Origin: a virus
Taxonomy: Duplodnaviria; Caudoviricetes
Direction: 5' to 3' (one strand)
DNA length: 58,757 nucleotides
Virus record (IMG/VR): IMGVR_UViG_3300046697_000245
Span: 1 to 58,757 of that record
Shown here: one piece after another, positions 44,742-53,525 of the stretch
Layout of the letters: each line of letters begins with the position of its first letter
How positions within the stretch are numbered: position 1 is the stretch's first letter
The notes under the pieces: generated by a model
What the model saw: only the letters and a program-made list of their open reading frames with translations
Databases searched by the model: none
Told to the model about the DNA's origin: nothing
Position numbers and translations under genes: made by a program

Positions 44742-44870
44742 ATGTCCACAGCGGAACAGTTTTTGACTATAACACACGTTCCACGTGAAACATCATCTCT
44801 CCCATAAGAGAATATCGCCTCTGTTGATAAATAAAAGAAGTTGTCCACACCTTCCACAACTTTTTCCACA
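44742..44870. promoter_or_regulatory. DnaA-box cluster in the int/early divergent region
   Basis: TTTTCCACA 44862-70 (perfect TTWTNCACA), TTGTCCACA 44841-49, CCTTCCACA 44850-58, TGTTGATAA 44822-30, ATGTCCACA 44742-50. Confidence 0.7.
44777..44792. promoter_or_regulatory. parS site, chromosomal type
   Basis: CGTTCCACGTGAAACA, 15/16 to TGTTNCACGTGAAACA, intergenic. Confidence 0.85.
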
Positions 44871-44878
44871 TTATTTAC

Positions 44879-44918
44879 TTGACAACATTGTCATCATTGT
44901 CGTAATGTTCATCATGTA
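44879..44918 (+). promoter_or_regulatory. Promoter of the + strand operon, overlapped by operator-like repeats
   Basis: TTGACA-18 bp-TAATGT; GACAA-CA-TTGTC palindrome; 9-bp-period repeats CATTGTCAT/CATTGTCGT/AATGTTCAT. Confidence 0.6.
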
Positions 44919-44939
44919 GTGAATCAGGAGGTTCAACCC

Positions 44940-45134
44940 ATGACCACCCGCGAACAGATGATCTCTGAGTTTCTTCGCCAGGCCGAGCGCGAGGCTGCTG
45001 GCATTGAGGAACCGATCATCGTACTGATTCCTTGCGCCATCACGGCGCCCAACTCTAACCCTTGTGTTCAAGCCGCCAGAGAGCGCGTCTACGCCCTCGA
45101 GCTTGAACTGGCCGACGCCTGCCCCTGTTGCTGA
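44940..45134 (+). CDS. Hypothetical protein (64 aa)
   Basis: SD AGGAGG; first ORF after the promoter. Confidence 0.6.
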   Translation: MTTREQMISEFLRQAEREAAGIEEPIIVLIPCAITAPNSNPCVQAARERVYALELELADACPCC

Positions 45135-45146
45135 AAGAAGATAGCT

Positions 45147-45479
45147 ATGCCGCCGCTGCCCGATTCCAATATCCACGCCAACCTGCTCAAGCGCATCGCC
45201 GATGCGGAGACGCTGCTGGTCTCCCTCAGGCACAGCGTCCGCGCCCTGCGCAATGATGTTTTGCTGGCCAGCAATGCCGGCGCAGCGCACGATGACGGCG
45301 GGGCCGCTCCAGCCAGCAATGAAATCCAGAGCCTGGCTGTAATTGAAAAGGCTTGCATCCTGAATGCTCTGGCCGCCTGCAAAGGCAACGCCTTTAAAGC
45401 CGCCGCCCGGCTGGGCATCGGCAAAACCACCCTCTACCGCAAACTCAAAGAGTACGCGGCTGAGGATTCACACATCTAA
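45147..45479 (+). CDS. Fis/NtrC-type HTH DNA-binding protein
   Basis: EK..I.NAL....GN..KAA.RLGIGKTTLYRKLKEY. Confidence 0.9.
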   Translation: MPPLPDSNIHANLLKRIADAETLLVSLRHSVRALRNDVLLASNAGAAHDDGGAAPASNEIQSLAVIEKACILNALAACKGNAFKAAARLGIGKTTLYRKLKEYAAEDSHI

Positions 45480-45501
45480 CCCTGATACCTGAAAGCTAAT
45501 C

Positions 45502-45810
45502 TTGCCAGATAACCCACATTCCGTTCTCTCTGAAATTCTCGCCCGGCGCCAGCCTCTTGATGGTGAACAAGCCTTTCGCGACTGGCTCGCCGAGCTCTGC
45601 TCCAGCCTGATAGGCAAGCGAGTTGCCGAGGCTGTCGGCCTCGCGCCAACACGCCTCTCCCGCCTCATCCATGGCCGAGAAGCTATCAGCCCCGGCATCC
45701 TCGCCCGCTTCGGCTTCCATCGCGTGATCAGCGTCGCCTACGTGCCCGAGGAGCAGCCGTCAGTCGTCAGTGGTCAGTTGTCAGCACCGCCGCCCGAGGA
45801 GCAGCCATGA
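45502..45810 (+). CDS. XRE/Cro-like HTH protein
   Basis: VAEAVGL.PTRLSRLIHGR..ISP.IL.RFG. Confidence 0.7.
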   Translation: MPDNPHSVLSEILARRQPLDGEQAFRDWLAELCSSLIGKRVAEAVGLAPTRLSRLIHGREAISPGILARFGFHRVISVAYVPEEQPSVVSGQLSAPPPEEQP

Positions 45811-46091
45811 GCACCATCAGCGGCCCCGAGAGCGTGAATGTCAATTGGGCGCCACGGCTAACCCGGCCAGGCCTGCGCGGACGCCGCCGGATCAGGATGT
45901 GCTGGAACTTCCACCCCATCCCCCCCAGCGAACTGATCATGCTGCCCGGCCACTGGCGCTGCCGTGAATGTGGAACCGTGCAGCGCCGCTGGGTCTGGCT
46001 CTGCGCACCGCTCTCGCTTGAGGCCTGGGAGTGGCTGCTCTGGGGTTTGAAAAATTTGAAAGGAGTAATTCGATGTGTGAGTGCAAAATGA
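45807..46091 (+). CDS. Small zinc-finger protein
   Basis: C..FH...W.CREC; ATGA coupling. Confidence 0.55.
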   Translation: MSTISGPESVNVNWAPRLTRPGLRGRRRIRMCWNFHPIPPSELIMLPGHWRCRECGTVQRRWVWLCAPLSLEAWEWLLWGLKNLKGVIRCVSAK

Positions 46092-46462
46092 CTGACCAAG
46101 CGATGTATCCTGACTGGCGAGAGATATGCGCCCGCCAGAACCGCCTCGACGCCACCGGCCTGCCGGAGCTTGGCATCTGCCGTGACCTCTTCGCCAGCCA
46201 GCCCGACTGGCCCAATGAGCCGCCCGTGAGCCCGGACCCGCTCGCCAACATCCTGCTCCATGAGCCGTGGGGCGAGTTCCTCGGCCGCCTGCTTGTCCAG
46301 ACCAGCTACATCGCCCTGCTGATCGTCTGGGGTTTGATTCTCTGTCCACTGATCGGCTTGATCGCGCTGGCCTTCGCTTATATGCGCGATCACTGGCAAA
46401 GCGTCGCGCGCATCCTTCTCTGGACCGCGATCTTCTTCATCTGCCTGGCGCTGGCGCTCTAA
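46073..46462 (+). CDS. Membrane protein
   Basis: SD AAGGAG; hydrophobic C-terminal half. Confidence 0.6.
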   Translation: MCECKMTDQAMYPDWREICARQNRLDATGLPELGICRDLFASQPDWPNEPPVSPDPLANILLHEPWGEFLGRLLVQTSYIALLIVWGLILCPLIGLIALAFAYMRDHWQSVARILLWTAIFFICLALAL

Positions 46463-46495
46463 CCCATCCCACTGAAGCACGGAAAAGGAGAATTG

Positions 46496-46678
46496 ATGAT
46501 CTATCTCGCTTGGATTTTAGTCGCTGTTCTGTTCGTGTTGGTTATCTTCGCACTGCGCGAAGTAAGATGGGCCGAGCGCAGCAAACGGTACTGGGAAGCA
46601 GTCGAGACCGAGCAAGATAAGCGGGACGCATTGGCCGCGAAACGATTCAACAACGCTGTTCTCAACCGCGAGGATTGA
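46496..46678 (+). CDS. Small single-TM protein
   Basis: SD AAGGAG; N-terminal TM then charged tail. Confidence 0.65.
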   Translation: MIYLAWILVAVLFVLVIFALREVRWAERSKRYWEAVETEQDKRDALAAKRFNNAVLNRED

Positions 46679-46714
46679 CAACCGGCAGCTGTTAGCTGTT
46701 CACGAAAGGAACCC

Positions 46715-46921
46715 ATGCGCACCACTCCGTACCGCACCGTCCGCTGCCCGCAATGCCACGCCTCGCCTAACTCGCCCTGCCACGATCAGCAACGCCGCGT
46801 CATGCAGGGCGTCCACTTCCAGCGCATCACCTCCGGCCGCCGCGAGTTTGCCGCCGCCCTCCACCTGCTCTACGCGCCGCTCAATCCAGTGGTCAGACAC
46901 CAGTTGACCATTGTCAGTTAA
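46715..46921 (+). CDS. Phage zinc-finger protein
   Basis: V.CPQC.A.P..PC...H..R. Confidence 0.7.
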   Translation: MRTTPYRTVRCPQCHASPNSPCHDQQRRVMQGVHFQRITSGRREFAAALHLLYAPLNPVVRHQLTIVS

Positions 46922-46933
46922 AGGAAAGTCGCC

Positions 46934-47323
46934 ATGCAGCAGCAATTCGCTCTCGACTTCACGCAGACTATCCCGCCCGCCACCCAGGAGCGCATCGCCG
47001 CCGGAATGCGCCAGGCCGACGAACACGCCGACCCCCGCTGGCGCCACATCTTCGATGCCTGCGTTCTCGCCGCCGCCCGTAAGCGGCCGGAGATCACCAG
47101 CGACGATGTGCTCGCCGAGATCGAGGCGCTGCCCAACCCACCATCCACCCATAACCTCGCCGCCATCGGCCCGGCTATGAAGCGCGCGGCGCAGATGGGG
47201 CTGCTGATCTACTCTGACCGCGTGAAGCGCAGCGAGCGGCCAGAGAAACACGGCAACCGGCAGAATGTTTGGGTGAGTAAGCAATGGACCGGGATTTCAA
47301 CCGCTCCATCAGCCAAAAAGTAA
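46934..47323 (+). CDS. Conserved-type phage protein, probably winged helix
   Basis: A...W...T.DDV...A.G..M..AA..G.I.......S.R...HG....VW.S pattern. Confidence 0.7.
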   Translation: MQQQFALDFTQTIPPATQERIAAGMRQADEHADPRWRHIFDACVLAAARKRPEITSDDVLAEIEALPNPPSTHNLAAIGPAMKRAAQMGLLIYSDRVKRSERPEKHGNRQNVWVSKQWTGISTAPSAKK

Positions 47324-47360
47324 CCCGGCAACCTGCGCAACAGGTACAAGGAGAGTTAAG

Positions 47361-48023
47361 GTGAAAGAGATAGGAATCCTGTTTACGCCCGACAACATCC
47401 GGGCAATCCGCGAACTCCGCAAGACGCAGACGCGGAGGGTAGTTCAACTCCCGTCCCACTTCAAATGTCCAGTGACGATGCAGAAATATCCACTTCCAGT
47501 GGACCTATGGAAACCCACCTCCTATGGCTCACAGGGAACCTTCCGTTTTGTTAAGGGCGAAAGAGTTACCGTTCCCGAATCACCGGGGATGTGGAATGAC
47601 AAGGGAGCAACGCTGATCGGCGCTCCGTATGCGGTCGGCGACCGGCTCTACATCAAGGAAGGCATCATCCGGCACGCATCCATCCCGCAGCTTGTCGGGT
47701 ACTACATGGACGGTTGCCGAGTTACAGAGCACTGGGAGAAGCGCGTGACGGCCATGTTCATGCCGAAATGGGCAGCGCGTACCTGGCTGGAGATCACGGA
47801 CGTTCGCGCACAGCGGTTGCAGGACATCAGCGAAGCGGACGCCATGGATGAAGGAACTGGAGTCTGGTTTGAATCGCACAATCTCCATGAGGAGTGGGAC
47901 GGCGACCCTGATCAGTATCGCAAGGGATACCGCGAACTCTGGGACTCCATCAACGCCAAGAAGCACCCGTGGGCCAATAATGACTGGGTGTGGGCAATCA
48001 CATTCAGAAAGGTAACCCCATGA
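47361..48023 (+). CDS. ASCH/PUA-like phage protein
   Basis: ILF....RAI...RKTQTRRV, PY.VGDRLY.KE, FMPKWAAR..LEIT.VR..RLQDISE.DA..EG, W..N.WVW.I.F. Confidence 0.85.
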   Translation: MKEIGILFTPDNIRAIRELRKTQTRRVVQLPSHFKCPVTMQKYPLPVDLWKPTSYGSQGTFRFVKGERVTVPESPGMWNDKGATLIGAPYAVGDRLYIKEGIIRHASIPQLVGYYMDGCRVTEHWEKRVTAMFMPKWAARTWLEITDVRAQRLQDISEADAMDEGTGVWFESHNLHEEWDGDPDQYRKGYRELWDSINAKKHPWANNDWVWAITFRKVTP

Positions 48024-48511
48024 CCCATTCCAATCCACGTGAAACCACGCTACTCGTCACCAGTTGCCTCGCGCTTCAGCGCGCCTACTGCCTCGCCATC
48101 GAGGCCCACTTCGGCCAGCTCGACAAGGCCGGCGAACCCTACCTATGGCACGTCCTGCGCGTCGGCTTCTCCCTGCTTCCCGACGTGGACGCGGCCCGGC
48201 TCGGCATCCTGCACGATGTGCTCGAAGACGCGGGCGAGATCGACACATCCTGCCTGCTTCTCGCCCTCAATGGCGACGAGGAACTTTATCAGGATCTGCT
48301 CGCGCTCACCCGCGGCGCCAGCGAGTCCTATGAAGACTACATCCAGCGCGTCAAGGCCCGCCCGCGCGCCGCCATCGTCAAACTCGCCGACCTCGACGAC
48401 AATCTCAACCTCGGCCGCTACGAACTCGCCATCGCCCGCGGCGCTGAACCTGTTTTCATGGCGGCCTTGCGTGGGCGCTACATCACCGCCCGCGCCAGAC
48501 TGCTTAGCTGA
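48020..48511 (+). CDS. Small alarmone-hydrolase-like HD protein (RelA/SpoT HD, Mesh1-type)
   Basis: AH.GQ.DKAG.PY..H..RV, LHDVLED, LT....Y..YI, VKLADL.DN. Confidence 0.88.
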   Translation: MTHSNPRETTLLVTSCLALQRAYCLAIEAHFGQLDKAGEPYLWHVLRVGFSLLPDVDAARLGILHDVLEDAGEIDTSCLLLALNGDEELYQDLLALTRGASESYEDYIQRVKARPRAAIVKLADLDDNLNLGRYELAIARGAEPVFMAALRGRYITARARLLS

Positions 48512-48547
48512 GGCTCTTTGCCGGCGCGACGGAGGGAGCAGGAACCT

Positions 48548-49066
48548 TCAGGCTCCTGACCTTTCAATTTCAACGGAATGCGTCAAATGCCACTTCCCGT
48601 TGCCTTTCGGCACACAGTGCTCAATGAGCCACGGCACTAAATCCTTTGACCATTGCGTGAGCGGTATCCAGCCACCAATGCACATGGCGTTCACGTCGAA
48701 GATTTGCGGCTCAGTATCGCCCTCCGAGCGGACAACCGCTACCCAATGAGTATGGCGATAGCGAACCCGCATAGGCACTCCCGGTTCCGTCCATGGCCCC
48801 TCCCACTGTACCCTTGCAAGTCCGTATGTGGGCCACTGTACGCCGCCCGGAGTGGCCTTCTGCATACGCCAATGAAGGCCGAGGCTGTTGAGGATGCTCC
48901 ACATGAGCGTAGGATTCGTGTATCGCTTCGCCTCGAAATCCCCTAGATGTGGCCGCAGTTCAGACAGCGACAGACCACAAATGGCTGCAACCGCCGCTGG
49001 TCCGCAATTAAGGCCCCATTCGTCGGATGCTGCCTCGGCTTCGCTTATAGTGAATCGGAGCTTCAT
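48548..49066 (-). CDS. Papain-fold (C39-like) peptidase-like protein
   Basis: NCGPAA.A, THWVAV, IFDVN give Cys-His-Asp order. Confidence 0.6.
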   Translation of the reverse strand: MKLRFTISEAEAASDEWGLNCGPAAVAAICGLSLSELRPHLGDFEAKRYTNPTLMWSILNSLGLHWRMQKATPGGVQWPTYGLARVQWEGPWTEPGVPMRVRYRHTHWVAVVRSEGDTEPQIFDVNAMCIGGWIPLTQWSKDLVPWLIEHCVPKGNGKWHLTHSVEIERSGA

Positions 49067-49091
49067 GACTTCATTTCTCCAATCAGGGGCT

Positions 49092-49373
49092 TTAGCCCTG
49101 GGCCGCATCCAAAGCTGTGAGTGGGTCTGTCGCCCAGCCGCGCCAGATCACCTCAGGCGGATGGAGTAAGTCGCGGAAGCGGCCACTCCACCTGCGGGCG
49201 GCCTTATCACTCCACCTGCAGGCGACCTTGTCCTGGGATAAAAAGAGTGTGGGGTCCAGGTCCAATCCTTCCGGCTTCACAAGCCTCTGGCCGCCCTCAT
49301 ACTCCAGCACTTCAAACCTTTCCAGGTTCGATGTATCGATCAGGTTCAACTCACCGACAATTTTCCCTATCAT
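49092..49373 (-). CDS. Hypothetical protein (93 aa)
   Basis: SD GGAGGG before MIGKIVG. Confidence 0.6.
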   Translation of the reverse strand: MIGKIVGELNLIDTSNLERFEVLEYEGGQRLVKPEGLDLDPTLFLSQDKVACRWSDKAARRWSGRFRDLLHPPEVIWRGWATDPLTALDAAQG

Positions 49374-49398
49374 AATCCCCTCCAACTGACCACTGTAC

Positions 49399-50019
49399 TC
49401 AATTCCATAGCCGGCAGAGCCGCTCGATGCCCACAATCGCGTTGCCCGGCATCTCCATATCCGACGAACTCTCCAGCAGCTCCTCGGCGGTGCGCGAGGC
49501 CTCGCAGAATTCCTCCGTCGACCGGAAATGGAATTGGCTTTTGTGCTTTCCCGCACCCATGTTGGCGCGCCACAGCACCGGCAACTTCTTTTCCGGCAGT
49601 TGCTCCGGCTTCGCCGCGCGCGGCTGTTTATTTCCTTGCTGCCGTGTGGATACGTCAGGATGCCGCGCGGCAGGGGGTCTGTGGGCTGGAGCGCCCAGGG
49701 AACCGTTCGACTCTGGACCCTCTCCTGTATGTGCTGTTATGCTGGCCGCGGTGGCCTTCGCCGCGCGCCGCAATCTCTCTTCCCGCGTGATGTTTCCCAC
49801 TGTCTTGCTCCTCTCCGCCGGGGTCTCCGGCCCGCCAATCCCACGCTGAAGCGCAGGGCTTATTCGCTCGACTTGCTGACGGCTGCACGGTACTCCAGCG
49901 TCGCAATCAAAGCATAGATGCGTCTTGCCGCCGTTGGCGGTCACCAGGCCGGCGCAGTAGTGCCCGCGCGCCCGGCAATCGTCGCAAGCAGGAGTCGGCG
50001 CCGCGATCACCTGGCCCAC
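49399..50019 (-). CDS. Hypothetical protein with Cys-rich N-terminus
   Basis: CDDC...C...C..C....C followed by a low-complexity linker. Confidence 0.6.
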   Translation of the reverse strand: MGQVIAAPTPACDDCRARGHYCAGLVTANGGKTHLCFDCDAGVPCSRQQVERISPALQRGIGGPETPAERSKTVGNITREERLRRAAKATAASITAHTGEGPESNGSLGAPAHRPPAARHPDVSTRQQGNKQPRAAKPEQLPEKKLPVLWRANMGAGKHKSQFHFRSTEEFCEASRTAEELLESSSDMEMPGNAIVGIERLCRLWN

Positions 50020-50233
50020 CAGTCCTTCACCGCCGCCAGGCTGAATCCCGCCAGCGCCAGCAGCACAACTCCAACAACAAAAACCTGTTCAGCCATGGCT
50101 CACTCCGTTGCTGTGGTCAGTGATTTTAATTCGTAAAAGCGTTCCAAAAAGGCTTGCTCCGCATTTTGAGGAGACATGGGCGTCAGGATGCCGCGCGGCA
50201 GGGGTTCTGTGGGCTGGAGCGCCCAGGGAACCG
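49653..50233. repeat. 53-bp direct repeat, 49653-49705 and 50181-50233, one mismatch
   Basis: CGTCAGGATGCCGCGCGGCAGGGG(G/T)TCTGTGGGCTGGAGCGCCCAGGGAACCG. Confidence 0.95.
50007..50096 (-). CDS. 29-aa single-TM peptide
   Basis: Manual translation MAEQVFVVGVVLLALAGFSLAAVKDWWAR; fills the gap between two genes. Confidence 0.5.
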   Translation of the reverse strand: MAEQVFVVGVVLLALAGFSLAAVKDWWAR

Positions 50234-50660
50234 ACGGCTGCATCAGGTCGCGCTGCTCCCAGAGCATTATGTAATCGTCGGCAGCCTTGACCGCCGGCGG
50301 CTCCTCAAGCGGCAGCAGGTTGAATCGATCACAGACAGCGGCCATCACGCGCTGCTCAACCAGCCTGTATTCCGCGCCAAGTTTGCTGAATCTCTTGATG
50401 GGGCGCGGCAGATCAACCAGATAAGCCTCCGCGGCATCGTGGAGCAGGCCCCAGAGAGCAAGCCTCGGCTCTTGAAAGCAATCACTCACGCGCAGGGAGT
50501 GTTCGCCGACGCTGTAAAAGACGCGCACATGGCCGCCGAAGCGGCATTGCAGTGACAGCGCGTGCGCAATGTCCACGATAAATATCTCCTCGGACCGAGG
50601 ATCGATGGGCCAAAACTGCCGCCCGGTGTAAGTCTGCATCCAATCGCCTTTACGCTTCAT
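50100..50660 (-). CDS. HD-domain 5'-deoxynucleotidase-like phosphohydrolase (YfbR-like phage family)
   Basis: W.QTYTG, DIAHALS..CRF.GH...FYSV.EHS, LLHDA.EAY..D.P.P.K, VK.AD. Confidence 0.9.
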   Translation of the reverse strand: MKRKGDWMQTYTGRQFWPIDPRSEEIFIVDIAHALSLQCRFGGHVRVFYSVGEHSLRVSDCFQEPRLALWGLLHDAAEAYLVDLPRPIKRFSKLGAEYRLVEQRVMAAVCDRFNLLPLEEPPAVKAADDYIMLWEQRDLMQPSVPWALQPTEPLPRGILTPMSPQNAEQAFLERFYELKSLTTATE

Positions 50661-50937
50661 CTTCTGCCTCGCCTTCCCTGATCTCTATTCCCTGTTCCCT
50701 AACCTCTGTTTGCGCCATCAGCGGCGGCGTGCCGTTGATCTCGCGCAGATCCAGCCGCAGGCTTCGCTGGCCCACCAGCTTGGGATCCTTGCAGTCCTTG
50801 TGGCGCACCGACAGCACAGTGTAATGCTCATGCTTGTGAATCGCGCCCTTGCAGGCCTCGCAGCGCAGCCGCCCGTCCATAACTCGCGCCGCGCCGCGCG
50901 CCCGCCGTATCTCGAAGTTCCAGCCAAAGAGGTTCAT
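50650..50937 (-). CDS. Small zinc-binding protein
   Basis: CEAC...H..C. Confidence 0.6.
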   Translation of the reverse strand: MNLFGWNFEIRRARGAARVMDGRLRCEACKGAIHKHEHYTVLSVRHKDCKDPKLVGQRSLRLDLREINGTPPLMAQTEVREQGIEIREGEAEDEA

Positions 50938-52349
50938 CGGTCGTTCGCCTCCAGTGCACAGCCGTCATCTACCTGCTTACATCCGCCGGTTGTCATAGGT
51001 TCCTTGCGCGGCGCTGAGTTGTTTTGTCCAGAAAGTTTCCCAGCGCCGGCGCAAGCCTCTTCTTTCTCCTGGGCGGAGGTGCCCCAAGGTTGATCGGACG
51101 ACAAAACAATAACTTCATTGAACATCGGCGCCGCCGCGCGGATGCGCTTCTCGGCGAGCGCGGCGTAGGGCGGCCATTCGTCTATGCCGATAAAGTTCAT
51201 GCCTTCGAGCATGGCGGCAATGCCTGTCGTGCCCGATCCCATAAGGGCGTCCAGCACGGTTCCGCCGGGGCGCGTAACCAGGCGCACAAGATAGCGCATC
51301 AGGTCCAGCGGCTTGACGGTGGGGTGATTGTTGCCGCGCTCATGGACTCCTCGATTGCGCGGATTGTCGCCGCCGGGGTTTCCGTCCTTTCGAGAACCAT
51401 CCGTTTTTTGGGGGGTAACATCGTAGCAGCCAGCCTCGCGCTCCGCTTTGTCAGCCTTGGCAGTGTAGAAGAAGCGGGCGGCGGTCCCCTTGTCACCGTA
51501 GGAAATCATTGGAGTCCCAGCTGACCGGCTTTCCGCGCCATAAGATGAGCCCGTGTTGCCTTTGTTTTCAGCGCCCGTCTCTCGCTTCACAGTGTTGCTT
51601 CCAGACTGCGACTCCGGAAACCGGCTCACCACTTCCTCGCTGCCGTCGTGGATCACGTTGGCCGGCCAGCGGCCAGAGGGATGCGGCTCTGTCTTGTATT
51701 CGGAGGCATCGGGCGACCCCACAAAAGTACGATCGGGATTGACAGTCTTATTGCTGCTTCCCCACACGCCATCCATCGGCCCCTCAACCCGGCAACCATC
51801 GATGTTCAGTGCCCCGGTGCCGTGCGCCAGCACGTTAGCTGCGACGGTTCCAATCAAAGGCTTCCGCGCCACGCAGATCGGCTCGTGCGCGGGCTTGAGC
51901 GCCGTTCCCCAGCCGGACCAGTGCTTGGCTTCGCCTGGAGTGAATCGTCCAAGTGCGTTCGTATTCGAGGAACCAACGCCCCCGGAAATCCTTGGCCGCT
52001 CCACCCCCGCCGCCTTGTCAATCGCCTTGCTCACGTCCAGCGACTTTGGAAAGCCGCTGCCATAAATCCACATGATCTGATCGCGCACCTCGAATCCGGC
52101 ATCCTCAATGGCGCAGGCCATGCGGTGATAGGTGCGGCTTCCGCCAAAGCTGAGCAGGTATCCACCGGGCCGGAGTACGCGCAGACACTCACGCCACATC
52201 GGGACCGAGTAGGCAATGCCAGTGGAGTCCCACGCCTTGCCCATGAAGCCGAGTTCGTAGGGCGGATCGGTCACGATGGAGTCCACCGACGCCTCCGGCA
52301 GCTCGCGCAACCGCTCCAGCACGTCGCCGATCAGAATAGTTGCTTTCAC
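50934..52349 (-). CDS. DNA N6-adenine/N4-cytosine methyltransferase (beta class)
   Basis: TDPPY, GFE.RD.I.W.YGSGFPKS, GWGTALKPAHEPI, HPTVKP, VLDALMGSGTTG. Confidence 0.93.
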   Translation of the reverse strand: MKATILIGDVLERLRELPEASVDSIVTDPPYELGFMGKAWDSTGIAYSVPMWRECLRVLRPGGYLLSFGGSRTYHRMACAIEDAGFEVRDQIMWIYGSGFPKSLDVSKAIDKAAGVERPRISGGVGSSNTNALGRFTPGEAKHWSGWGTALKPAHEPICVARKPLIGTVAANVLAHGTGALNIDGCRVEGPMDGVWGSSNKTVNPDRTFVGSPDASEYKTEPHPSGRWPANVIHDGSEEVVSRFPESQSGSNTVKRETGAENKGNTGSSYGAESRSAGTPMISYGDKGTAARFFYTAKADKAEREAGCYDVTPQKTDGSRKDGNPGGDNPRNRGVHERGNNHPTVKPLDLMRYLVRLVTRPGGTVLDALMGSGTTGIAAMLEGMNFIGIDEWPPYAALAEKRIRAAAPMFNEVIVLSSDQPWGTSAQEKEEACAGAGKLSGQNNSAPRKEPMTTGGCKQVDDGCALEANDR

Positions 52350-52588
52350 TTGTGAACCTCTGACTGCTGACCGCTGACGGCTGATAGCGGACCATCGTCT
52401 TCCCTCTCCCACCACGTATCGATCATCACGCTGCCCATCCGCTTCTTTTCGCAGTGATCGCCCTCATGGCCGCGGCGCCGCGTGCAAGCCTTGTAAGGCC
52501 ACACCGGCTGACGGTGGCCGCAGAGCGGGCCGGTGGGCTTCGCCGGCTCCTCAGACCACATCGTTGCGTTGCTGGTATTATTGCCCAT
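52346..52588 (-). CDS. Small Cys/His-rich protein
   Basis: C...CT...GH.G.H motif; overlaps both neighbours. Confidence 0.6.
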   Translation of the reverse strand: MGNNTSNATMWSEEPAKPTGPLCGHRQPVWPYKACTRRRGHEGDHCEKKRMGSVMIDTWWEREDDGPLSAVSGQQSEVHK

Positions 52589-53042
52589 CGTTCACCGTTG
52601 GCTGAAAGCGGATCCCTTTCCTCGGCCCTCTCTTGCGCTCGGTGGCGAGTTTGAGCATTTCCAGAATATGCGCCGGCTTGCCGCAATCGCAGACGCGAAC
52701 GAAAACCCCGCCATCCAAACCCTCCTTCGATGAATTGCACTCCACCTGGGTTTTGTCAACCTTGTTGGCCACCGAGATTACTGGGTTGCCCATCCAGATC
52801 GGCCGGGGATCGCGGAGCGGGGCCAGCAGCTCCTCCGCCTCGGCAAGCTCGGTTACATAGATCAGCAGGCCTTCGGGCGGCGCGCCGGCATGTGTGGCAT
52901 CATCGCCGGCCAGCCGTCGATGCAGCTCCGCCTTGTCAGAGACCGCGATGGCGATGTAGCCGGCGATCTGCAGCGCATAGCGTTTGATCGACGCCTGGTT
53001 AAAGTCGGCGCAGTAGATAAGAATCTTTTTCTTCGGTCTCAT
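52578..53042 (-). CDS. Degenerate receiver-domain protein with C-terminal RKRGPRK (AT-hook-like) motif
   Basis: MRPKKKIL....N.....K.Y.L...GY; acidic-pocket and phospho-acceptor Asp residues replaced. Confidence 0.65.
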   Translation of the reverse strand: MRPKKKILIYCADFNQASIKRYALQIAGYIAIAVSDKAELHRRLAGDDATHAGAPPEGLLIYVTELAEAEELLAPLRDPRPIWMGNPVISVANKVDKTQVECNSSKEGLDGGVFVRVCDCGKPAHILEMLKLATERKRGPRKGIRFQPTVNDGQ

Positions 53043-53093
53043 GAATTGAGTTCCTTCAGGCTGATCTTGCCGCCGTTTCGGTTAACTCCCATC

Positions 53094-53348
53094 TCAAGCC
53101 GGCTGGTTCCATGCCCGGCGCAGCTGGTAGCCGGCGGCGTCGAGCGCCGCCCCGGGCACGCCCATTGCGAGGGCGAAGCGGGCGAGTTCATCGGCGTCGG
53201 CAAAGGCGGCAATGCGGCCGTCCTCGGTTGAAGCCAGCGCCATGAGCGCCAGCGCATACGAACGGCGCCAGGCGGCCAGAGCAAAGGCAGGGTTGGAGTT
53301 GGCATCATAATCCTCGGTAAAAACCCTTTCGAGTAAAGCGTTGGCCAT
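53094..53348 (-). CDS. Hypothetical protein (84 aa)
   Basis: SD GGAG; within the operon. Confidence 0.5.
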   Translation of the reverse strand: MANALLERVFTEDYDANSNPAFALAAWRRSYALALMALASTEDGRIAAFADADELARFALAMGVPGAALDAAGYQLRRAWNQPA

Positions 53349-53508
53349 GGCGGCGCTCTCCGTAGGCCGCCCAGCGCAACAACGTGGGATCTAGACGGCC
53401 TGTGTCCTGCTTATCGGCGACCCGCTCAGAGAACTTGAGAAAAACTTTGAGCACAACCCAGGCGGCCAATAATAGCACGAATCCGATAAGGAGCACGTAA
53501 CCTGCCAT
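53305..53508 (-). CDS. Small single-TM protein
   Basis: N-terminal hydrophobic helix. Confidence 0.55.
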   Translation of the reverse strand: MAGYVLLIGFVLLLAAWVVLKVFLKFSERVADKQDTGRLDPTLLRWAAYGERRHGQRFTRKGFYRGL

Positions 53509-53525
53509 AACAGACCGCCTTGGGG

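Noticed and set aside
44657-44869. 70-aa ORF containing VSRGT
   Set aside because: It is the translation of the parS/DnaA-box region, not a credible gene.
48031-48046. Third parS (CAATCCACGTGAAACC)
   Set aside because: Only 12/16, with one half-site broken.
49653-50233. DGR template/variable repeat pair
   Set aside because: Only one mismatch, too short, and no reverse transcriptase in the window.
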